From Thermodesulfobacteriota bacterium (GTDB lineage Bacteria > Desulfobacterota > Desulfobulbia > Desulfobulbales > SURF-16), in the NCBI GenBank assembly GCA_039715015.1, contig JBDLIE010000012.1, forward strand, positions 1-64,000: a stretch of DNA of 64,000 nucleotides. The letters run 5' to 3'. The notes under the pieces were generated by a model. That model was not told the origin of the DNA, did no database searches, and saw nothing but the letters and a program-made list of their open reading frames with translations. The position numbers and the translations under genes were made by a program. Positions 56,662 through 64,000 of this stretch are shown in pieces. Numbering within the stretch: the first letter of the stretch is position 1; every line of letters starts with the position of its first letter.

Positions 56662-58590
56662 ATGGCTGACTCAAAAAAGAACCCTCAAAAAAATCTTTTC
56701 AGCTCTCTGTTCTCGTCTTTTATCCGTACCTGCCTCGACACCTCCATCACTGGCAAACTGATCGGCATGCTCATTGTCTCACTTTTGGGCTTCTCCATTA
56801 TTTACATCCATGAAACCATTGCCCTGCACATGATCAAACAAAGGGTTGAGTCTGTCCGGGGCATCAACATGCCCCAATACAAGGTATGCCAGTTAACCCT
56901 TCGTGGCCTCAACGGCTTCAAGATCTCTCTGCTCCACACCCTCAACCTCCATGAAGAGGATGAATCTGCCGACTACAGTAACCACATCCAAGACAATTTT
57001 AACCGGATCAACAATTTCCGCCACATGCTGGAGACCTTGAAAAGCGGCGGCACCATCCAAGATGTCACCCAGATTTCCAACCTAACCCTGGACTCTTTTC
57101 AAGCTGATCCGGCCCCGACAGATTCAGAACAATACATTAAAATTGAACAGATCAGCTACGCCCTGGAAATGCTTCAAGACTCTTACAGTCAATTTGTTCA
57201 GGTTTTACACAACGGCCATAGCGAAGACGATCTCGACTCTACCCTTGAGGACCTCCTGGACAGCCTTGACACTGTTTATAGCGAACTCACCGAACTCTCC
57301 CTTTTGGTCAACCAGGAGTTTTCCGGCCAAGTCCAGGCCACAGAGGACATTATCCAGCGGGCTTCCCGCCATTTTCTCGCCATCTGTCTGGCAACGGTTA
57401 TCATCCTGCTCAGCGGCACGGCGATATACATCCTGATCATCGTCAGGCCCTTAAAAAATATTTTGGAGAAAATTAAGCAAATCGCCAAGGGTGGCGGTGA
57501 CCTCTCCATGCGCATTGATGCCAAGACCCACGACGAGGTAGGACAGCTTGCCAGGCAACTAAACAACCTGGTTGATAACATCCATAGCCTCAACTCATTT
57601 AAGGCGGTTATTGAGGAGGAGGAATCTCCCACTGATGTCCATATTCGCCTGGCATCAATCATTGCCGACCGTTTTGAGCTTGATTGCTTTTTCAGCTATG
57701 AGGTCAACGACATAAAGAAAACCATTTCTGTGGCCCATGCCTGCGACCATCAGCTCCTCTGCAGCCAGAAGATCATGGACGATTGCAACCTGTGCCGGGC
57801 GAAACGCACAGGCCACTATATTTCATCTCTTCAATACCCCCATATCTGCAAATTTTTCCCCCACCGTGAGAGCCATGATCATTTCTGTATCCCCATGATT
57901 GCCGGCGGCAGGGTCATTGGCGTCATGCAGTTTCTTCTGCCCAAGGGCAGCTCAAAGGAGGCCACAGCCCGCTTTGAAGAGCAAGTGGAACATGCCTGGC
58001 GTTATATCCGGGAGGCAACCCCGGTTATTGAGGCCAAGCGTTTTGCCGCCGCCCTCCGAGAAACCACCCTCAAGGATCCGATGACGGACCTCTATAACCG
58101 GCGCTTCCTGGAATCCTACATGGAGACCCTTATTGCCAATAGTAAGCGGCGCAAGTCAAACATCGGTATCCTCATGTGCGACATGGACTTTTTCAAAGAA
58201 GTAAATGACACCTACGGCCATGAGGCAGGGGACTCCGTCATTGTTAAGACAGCAGAGATCCTTACCTCCTGCGTACGGACCTCAGACCTTGTCATTCGTT
58301 ATGGCGGCGAGGAATTTCTTGTCCTCCTTCTTGATGTTAAGAGCCAGGAAGACACGGCCCATGTCGCTGAAAAAATACGCTCTTCCATGGAGGCAACTGA
58401 GATTCAGCTGCCAGGTGGCAAGACCCTGCAAAAGACGATTAGTGTCGGCTACAGCGTCTTCCCGTCTGACTCAGACGCCTTTTGGGAGTGTATCAAGTAT
58501 GCGGATGTCGCCCTCTATCAGGCGAAAGAGGACGGAAGGAACCTGGTCCGTGAATTCAAGCCTGAGATGTGGCAGGAAAACCTTTACTAA
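56662..58590 (+). CDS. Membrane-anchored diguanylate cyclase (periplasmic sensor-HAMP-GAF-GGDEF)
   Basis: Two TM segments, HAMP GDLS...DEVGQL, DPMTDLYNRRF, DMDFFKEVNDTYGH, RTSD I-site, RYGGEEF. Confidence 0.93.
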   Translation: MADSKKNPQKNLFSSLFSSFIRTCLDTSITGKLIGMLIVSLLGFSIIYIHETIALHMIKQRVESVRGINMPQYKVCQLTLRGLNGFKISLLHTLNLHEEDESADYSNHIQDNFNRINNFRHMLETLKSGGTIQDVTQISNLTLDSFQADPAPTDSEQYIKIEQISYALEMLQDSYSQFVQVLHNGHSEDDLDSTLEDLLDSLDTVYSELTELSLLVNQEFSGQVQATEDIIQRASRHFLAICLATVIILLSGTAIYILIIVRPLKNILEKIKQIAKGGGDLSMRIDAKTHDEVGQLARQLNNLVDNIHSLNSFKAVIEEEESPTDVHIRLASIIADRFELDCFFSYEVNDIKKTISVAHACDHQLLCSQKIMDDCNLCRAKRTGHYISSLQYPHICKFFPHRESHDHFCIPMIAGGRVIGVMQFLLPKGSSKEATARFEEQVEHAWRYIREATPVIEAKRFAAALRETTLKDPMTDLYNRRFLESYMETLIANSKRRKSNIGILMCDMDFFKEVNDTYGHEAGDSVIVKTAEILTSCVRTSDLVIRYGGEEFLVLLLDVKSQEDTAHVAEKIRSSMEATEIQLPGGKTLQKTISVGYSVFPSDSDAFWECIKYADVALYQAKEDGRNLVREFKPEMWQENLY

Positions 58591-58627
58591 AAAGGCAGCC
58601 CTTCAAAGCCCAGCTTGCCTGTCTTTG

Positions 58628-59449
58628 TTAGCGCCATTCAATCTGGGTTTCTTGGCGCTCCGGCAGGCGCTGATACTTGACACGGGGATAGCCCACCATC
58701 ATAGCAGCAGTCAGCTCACGGCCTTCTGGAAGATTCAAGGCATCCTGCAGAGGCCCCCAGTTACGGGCGGCAATCTGAAAAAAGCCGGCCCAGCAGGTCC
58801 CGATACCCTGGGAAAAGGCGGCCAGCTCAAAGGTGGTCAAATAAATCGTGCTATCCATCTGGGCCAAACGATACTCTGCCGGGCCATGCATAATCACAAG
58901 ACCGGGGGCGTGACGCAGTATAGCATCATAGCCATTCTCCCATGACCTGATCACCCCATCAAGGCCATAATATTCAGCAAGAGGGTCCTCGGTGGCCACC
59001 AGATGACGCATCCAATCAAGAGCGTGTTCGGTCAAACTCTTCAGCTCATCCTTGCTATCAACAACCAGCCAGCCAATCTGCTGACTGTTGCGGGCTGTGG
59101 GGCCATAATGGCCCTGGTCAATACACTCTCCTAAAACTTGGCGATTCACAGCCTTATCCTTATAGGCCCGGATTGAGCGGCGGCCACGGATAAGCTGGGC
59201 CATCTGTTCCATGCGAGGCAGCAGACCTGCATCATAGGGCGGGCATTCCCCGCCCATTGCTTTTAATGACAAAGCACCATGGGGACACACTGCCAGACAA
59301 TGTCCGCACTCTATGCAACGCTCCTCACCACCAGGAACGGGTTGTGGAAAGGTTTTGCCAACCTCCAGGCCAATGAGGCGAAAGGGGCAGACCATGGCGC
59401 AGAGTCCGTCTTTCTCACAAAGGTTTTCGTCAATGGTAAAATAGCTCAT
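58628..59449 (-). CDS. Nitroreductase with N-terminal 4Fe-4S ferredoxin domain
   Basis: CEKDGLCAMVCP, CIECGHCLAVCP, RRSIRAY, PTARNSQ, GIGTCWAG. Confidence 0.93.
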   Translation of the reverse strand: MSYFTIDENLCEKDGLCAMVCPFRLIGLEVGKTFPQPVPGGEERCIECGHCLAVCPHGALSLKAMGGECPPYDAGLLPRMEQMAQLIRGRRSIRAYKDKAVNRQVLGECIDQGHYGPTARNSQQIGWLVVDSKDELKSLTEHALDWMRHLVATEDPLAEYYGLDGVIRSWENGYDAILRHAPGLVIMHGPAEYRLAQMDSTIYLTTFELAAFSQGIGTCWAGFFQIAARNWGPLQDALNLPEGRELTAAMMVGYPRVKYQRLPERQETQIEWR

Positions 59450-59650
59450 GGTTACTCCTCCTTTTTTATCCTCTTCACCGCCACATTATGACATTTAAGG
59501 CCAATAAGGCTCTCGAAAGTTTGATATTCTTTGCTGGAATTCGTAAAATTATTGCTGAATAGGCAAAAGGAGCGCTGGGGGAAATCTTTTTCCTGGCCAT
59601 CCGCCCCCAGTGCATAACGAAACCGTTTCTCTCTCTTTACCCCCAAGGAG

Positions 59651-62299
59651 TTGATTGTGCTCACCCATTTACTGCACCCTCAACAGACCCACGCCGGCCA
59701 GGCTGACCCTCAGCAGTCTAAAATTGGCGAGCTCCTTGTTCAAGAAAACCTCATCACCCCCCTGGACTGTAAACGCGTCCTTGATATTCAACAAAAAGAA
59801 AAGGATTACACAGACCTGTCATTTCTTCGCATCTTGGAAGAGAGCGGCCGCCTGTCTGAGAAAAAACGAAATCGCCTCCTTGCCCTGCCAGATATCCAGG
59901 AGGTAATAGCTGAAACCTCTAGCAGCCACGATTTATGCACCAATGAGCAGCTTAAAATCTGCCTGGAAGCCAAAAATGCCTACCAAACACTGCCTGAAGC
60001 CCTGGTGGCCCAAAATATTCTGTCTGCCGACCAGGTTGACAGGCTGATCTACGAGCTCCTTGACGATGAAATACTGTGCAGGCAGGCTGGCACCATGGGG
60101 CTTATCTCTGAGGCTGATATTGACTTTGCATACAAGGTGGCAAAAGGCCCTAGAAACTTCGGAGAAATCTGCTGTTCCCTTGACCTTGTCACCCCCCTTG
60201 ACCTCTATCATCTGCTGGAAAAACATGGCAAACAGATCAAGTTTGGCGAGATTCTCATCCAACTGGGATACACCGATGAAAAAAAGGTAAACAAAGCCCT
60301 TGAGGAACAGAAGCTCAACAACCAGCTCCTAGGCGACATCCTTATTTCCCAGAAGATAATCACCTCGGAGCAATGCCAGGAGGCCCTGTCTCTCCAGGCC
60401 AATATCCCCTTTGAGCCGCTTGACGATTTCAACTATGACGATTTCTCCCGTGACTCTCTGCCCCGGCTGATCAGCGCCCGTTACGCTGAAGAACACTTGC
60501 TCCTCCCCATCTCCATACTGAACAGGAGCCTGAAATTGGCCCTCATGCAGCCAGAAGCAATCGAGAGCGCCCGGGAATTGATGTCCCTCTACAAACAGCT
60601 CCAAGTCCAATGCATACTTATTCCTGAACAACGTTTCTTTGAGCTTTTCGAAGAACTCTACAGCGAGACAGCCTCCTTTCAGGTCAGAAAAACCCTTCTT
60701 GACCTCAAAGAACGGCAGCAGACTAAAGAAGCCGCAGTCCCTGACTTCATGCATATCAACCTTGATGAGAATCTTGACATCGATCCCGTGCCTGACCACC
60801 TCACTGACGGTGTTGAGGGCACTGATGTTGAGGAGGCCATCCATTATATAGTCCGCTATGGCATCGACCAAAATGCCAGCGACATCCACCTGGAGCAGGG
60901 CCTGCAAGGCATTACACTCCGTTACCGGATTGACGGCGTGATAAAAGGCCATGGTCCAGAGTGGCTCCAACGCTTCCTTCATGAAAACAGCGGTTCTCTC
61001 ATCTCCCGGCTCAAGGTCATGGCCAACCTTGATATCAACGAAAAACGCCTGCCCCAGGACGGCGTTTTTCGTATTAGCTACCTGGACAAGTCGAGCAAGC
61101 GTAAAAGCCGGCTTGAGTTTCGGGTTGCCTCCTGTCCTTCGGTGACAGGCGAAAGCATTACCATCCATATCCTCGACCCGCGCAAGGCGAAACTCAGTCT
61201 CCGCCAAAACGGCCACAGCCCCCATGTTCTGGAACCTTTTGCCCGCTGCCTAAACCGCGATGCCAGTATTGTTCTTGTTTCCGGGCCCAACGGCAGCGGT
61301 AAATCCTCCACTCTCTACGGCGCCCTGAAACTCATCTTCGATCCGTCCCTGAAAATTATTGCCGCCGAGGACCCTATTGAATACAACTTTCCCGGCATTA
61401 TCCAGACTCAGGTCAACCACAAGCTCGGCTTGGACTTTGCCCAGCTCCTTCGTTCTTTTTTACGCCTTGATCCAGACATTATCCTTGTTGGTGAACTGCG
61501 TGACAAGGCCACAGCGGCTATGGCCTTTGATGCTGCCCAGACCGGCCACCTGGTCCTTTCCTCTCTCTACGCCAACGATTCCATCAGCTCCTTGGGCAGA
61601 CTGATCGACTTAGGGGTGGATCGTTCGCAGCTTGCGGCCAGCCTCTCCTGTATCCTTGGCCAGCGCCTGGTGCGAAAGATCTGTCCCTCCTGTCTCAGCG
61701 AATATCAACCGGAACCAAAGGAATGGTCGCTCATTTTCAACAAGTACCCAGCCCATCTCCAATTCTTCAAAGGCTCCGGCTGCGAATCCTGCGGCTTCAC
61801 TGGTTTCAAAGGCAGGACTGTCCTTTCAGAAATTTTCACCATGGATACCCCCCATGAATTTGTCTCGGGTATGGCCATCACCGAGCTCAAAGAACTCTCC
61901 ATTATCAGGGGCATGAAGACCATGGTTCATGATGGCTTATTGAAGATGAGTTCCACCACCCTGACGGAGCTTAGCCGCGTTCTTCCCTTTGAGATGCTGC
62001 AAAGCTACCGCCGCCATGAAAGTCAAACCGTGAGCCAGCACCTTCCGGAAAGTCGCTCCTTTCTCGTCTGTGATCCTGACCGCGAAGTCAGCACCCTGGA
62101 AGAGATGTTTAACCATTTCAACCGCCTGGTGATGAAATCAGGAGAAACTTCTGCGGACTTGAAAGGCTTTAGTCACTTTATATCCACTCATTTTCAGAAA
62201 TTTTGCAGTGAACATCAGTGCAGCAAGGTACTTTTCACCCTGCTCCATAATGAACTGGGCAAGGTGGAAATCCGCGCCCAAGCAGAAGGCAGGGAGTAG
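59651..62299 (+). CDS. GspE/PilB-family ATPase with expanded MshEN-like N-terminal repeats and extra C-terminal domain
   Basis: ASDIHLE, RYRIDG, EKRLPQDG, GPNGSGKS, EDPIEY, DPDIILVGELRD, CPSC...GCESC; start TTG 59651 or GTG 59657. Confidence 0.9.
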   Translation: MIVLTHLLHPQQTHAGQADPQQSKIGELLVQENLITPLDCKRVLDIQQKEKDYTDLSFLRILEESGRLSEKKRNRLLALPDIQEVIAETSSSHDLCTNEQLKICLEAKNAYQTLPEALVAQNILSADQVDRLIYELLDDEILCRQAGTMGLISEADIDFAYKVAKGPRNFGEICCSLDLVTPLDLYHLLEKHGKQIKFGEILIQLGYTDEKKVNKALEEQKLNNQLLGDILISQKIITSEQCQEALSLQANIPFEPLDDFNYDDFSRDSLPRLISARYAEEHLLLPISILNRSLKLALMQPEAIESARELMSLYKQLQVQCILIPEQRFFELFEELYSETASFQVRKTLLDLKERQQTKEAAVPDFMHINLDENLDIDPVPDHLTDGVEGTDVEEAIHYIVRYGIDQNASDIHLEQGLQGITLRYRIDGVIKGHGPEWLQRFLHENSGSLISRLKVMANLDINEKRLPQDGVFRISYLDKSSKRKSRLEFRVASCPSVTGESITIHILDPRKAKLSLRQNGHSPHVLEPFARCLNRDASIVLVSGPNGSGKSSTLYGALKLIFDPSLKIIAAEDPIEYNFPGIIQTQVNHKLGLDFAQLLRSFLRLDPDIILVGELRDKATAAMAFDAAQTGHLVLSSLYANDSISSLGRLIDLGVDRSQLAASLSCILGQRLVRKICPSCLSEYQPEPKEWSLIFNKYPAHLQFFKGSGCESCGFTGFKGRTVLSEIFTMDTPHEFVSGMAITELKELSIIRGMKTMVHDGLLKMSSTTLTELSRVLPFEMLQSYRRHESQTVSQHLPESRSFLVCDPDREVSTLEEMFNHFNRLVMKSGETSADLKGFSHFISTHFQKFCSEHQCSKVLFTLLHNELGKVEIRAQAEGRE

Positions 62300-62305
62300 A
62301 GGCAT

Positions 62306-63361
62306 ATGACAAGAACAATTACCATCACAAGTGGCAAGGGCGGGGTGGGCAAAACAAATCTCAGCCTCAACCTGGCCCTGGAACTCGCCAGACTTGGCCA
62401 TCATACCTGCCTTCTTGATGCCGATTTCGGTACGGCCAACGTCAATATCCTCCTGGGCATATCGCCACGCTATGACATCAAAGATGTTATTTCCCACAGC
62501 AAGGGCCTCAACGAAATTATGATTGCCGAGGGAGATAAGATAGACATTCTACCGGGAAGTTCCGGGGTTGAAGAGATGGCCAACCTTGATTCCGACCAGT
62601 TCGAGGGCCTGCTCTCCTCCATGGCTGCCATGGAGGAGTACGATTTCCTGGTGATAGATACCGCTGCCGGCATTTCAAAAAATGTGGTGTCTTTTTGTCT
62701 GGCCTCAACAGAGGTGGTCTTGGTCATTACCCACGAACCCACTTCGCTCACCGATGGCTACGCCCTTCTCAAAGTGCTTGTCGCTAATGGTTACCAAGGC
62801 ACGGCCAAGGTGGTGGTCAATCGCTGCCAGGATTCGAGCCATGCCCGAATCACCTTTGCCACCTTCAAAAATGCCGTCACCAAGCATCTTAACATGAAGG
62901 TCTCAGCCCTAGGCCTTATCCTGGAAGACAACAAAATGATGGAGGCCATTCGCCTCCAGGAACCTTTTCTGCGTAAGTTTCCAGATTCCCAGGTGGCAAA
63001 ATGTTTTCATATGATCGCCAGCCGTCTCATCGAAAACAAAGAGGGCGTGCGGGGCGGAGACCTGGATTCCTTCTGGCGTGCCACCTTGGAGACCATGACC
63101 GGTACCCTGGATATTCCGTCGTCTCCAGACCATCAGGTCAAAGAAATCGAAAGCATGGCTCTTACCAAGAATAACGGCCAAAACTCGTCGGAGGTGGCCA
63201 AAGAACTCCAGCTTCTGCGCCACACCTTGGAGGAGGTGAGCAATCAAATCTTAGGAGCACTGCAGCCGGGAGCAGCACAGGAAAATGAGATCCAGAGAGG
63301 CGGGCCAGTTGTGAAACTTGATCTGAGCGAGCTGCTGACCAGCTCAAAAGACTCAAAGTAG
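62306..63361 (+). CDS. MinD/ParA-family ATPase (FlhG/FleN-like) with C-terminal extension
   Basis: SGKGGVGKTN, DADFGTANV, IDTAAGIS, EPTSLTDGYALLK. Confidence 0.9.
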   Translation: MTRTITITSGKGGVGKTNLSLNLALELARLGHHTCLLDADFGTANVNILLGISPRYDIKDVISHSKGLNEIMIAEGDKIDILPGSSGVEEMANLDSDQFEGLLSSMAAMEEYDFLVIDTAAGISKNVVSFCLASTEVVLVITHEPTSLTDGYALLKVLVANGYQGTAKVVVNRCQDSSHARITFATFKNAVTKHLNMKVSALGLILEDNKMMEAIRLQEPFLRKFPDSQVAKCFHMIASRLIENKEGVRGGDLDSFWRATLETMTGTLDIPSSPDHQVKEIESMALTKNNGQNSSEVAKELQLLRHTLEEVSNQILGALQPGAAQENEIQRGGPVVKLDLSELLTSSKDSK

Positions 63362-63380
63362 ACTGCTCCCTGCCGGCAGG

Positions 63381-64000
63381 ATGAAATTTATGGAAAAACG
63401 CAGCGTTGATGACATTGTCGCCACCATCGAAAAAATCCCCACCCTTCCCGAGAGTTCCGGCGGGGTGCTGGCCGCCTTGAATGATGAGGATGTCCGCATT
63501 GAAAGGGTTAGCAGGCTTATCGAGTCGGACCTGGCCCTGACCGCCCAAATTCTCAAGGTAGCAAATTCCCCTTTCAGCGGCACAATTAGTACCGTAAGCT
63601 CGGTAAGCCATGCTATTGTAATTCTTGGCCTGGGCGAGGTAAAATCCCTGCTGTTGGTTTTCGCCGTCCAGAAATTTTTTGCCGAATCAGAGTCTGAGCA
63701 GTTCCACCGTAAAAGGCTGTGGAACCACTCCATTATCAGCGGCCATATTGCCCGTTTCCTTGCCCGCCATTTTCAATGTGAAAACGACGATACCCTCTTT
63801 TTGTCCGCCCTGATCCACGATGTGGGTAAAATTGTCACCGATGAGTATTTTCATGAAGAATTCCGCCGTATTATCTCCTATGTAGAAACAAATAACAGCA
63901 CCTTCAGCAAGGCAGAAAAAGAAATCCTGGGCGTTACCCATTATCAGATCGGTGCCAAGCTCCTCCAGCAATGGTCCTTTCCACGACAGGTAATCATGCA
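63381..64000 (+). CDS. HDOD-domain protein (truncated by window end)
   Basis: Manual translation: IPTLP...IESDLALTAQILKVANS...AIVILG...LWNHS...LIHDVGK...GVTHYQIGAKLLQQWSFP. Confidence 0.9.
   Translation, partial: MKFMEKRSVDDIVATIEKIPTLPESSGGVLAALNDEDVRIERVSRLIESDLALTAQILKVANSPFSGTISTVSSVSHAIVILGLGEVKSLLLVFAVQKFFAESESEQFHRKRLWNHSIISGHIARFLARHFQCENDDTLFLSALIHDVGKIVTDEYFHEEFRRIISYVETNNSTFSKAEKEILGVTHYQIGAKLLQQWSFPRQVIM

Noticed and set aside
1..64000. tRNA, rRNA, CRISPR array, transposase
   Set aside because: None recognised by eye in the intergenic gaps; a tRNAscan or Infernal run would be needed to exclude small RNAs.

Overview
Gene-dense chromosomal window from an anaerobic bacterium. Gene content and order suggest Desulfobacterota, probably Desulfobulbales-like (inference, not a database result). 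Most of it is housekeeping: pcm, mobB-mobA-moeA-serS, ddl, rpsU-xerD-tRNA nucleotidyltransferase-rsmB-uvrA-secB, lepB-pyrB-pyrC, dnaG-rpoD-dprA-topA, thiC and htpG. It also holds a PomAB-like stator pair with a putative sigma-28 promoter, and an AT-richer type IV pilus operon in which pilMNOP is followed by a secretin-less PilQ-like AMIN/N0/TPR protein and a separate MshL-type secretin. At the right end is a signalling cluster: a diguanylate cyclase, a PilB/GspE-like ATPase with many MshEN-like repeats and altered catalytic motifs, an FlhG/MinD-like ATPase and an HDOD protein. The most unusual items are a K+ channel-RCK protein fused to an intact receiver domain, the divergent PilB-like protein, the split secretin architecture, NrdR-box-like palindromes before non-nucleotide genes, and several small structured intergenic elements. 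I saw no tRNA, rRNA, CRISPR array, prophage or transposase. All calls come from reading motifs by eye.
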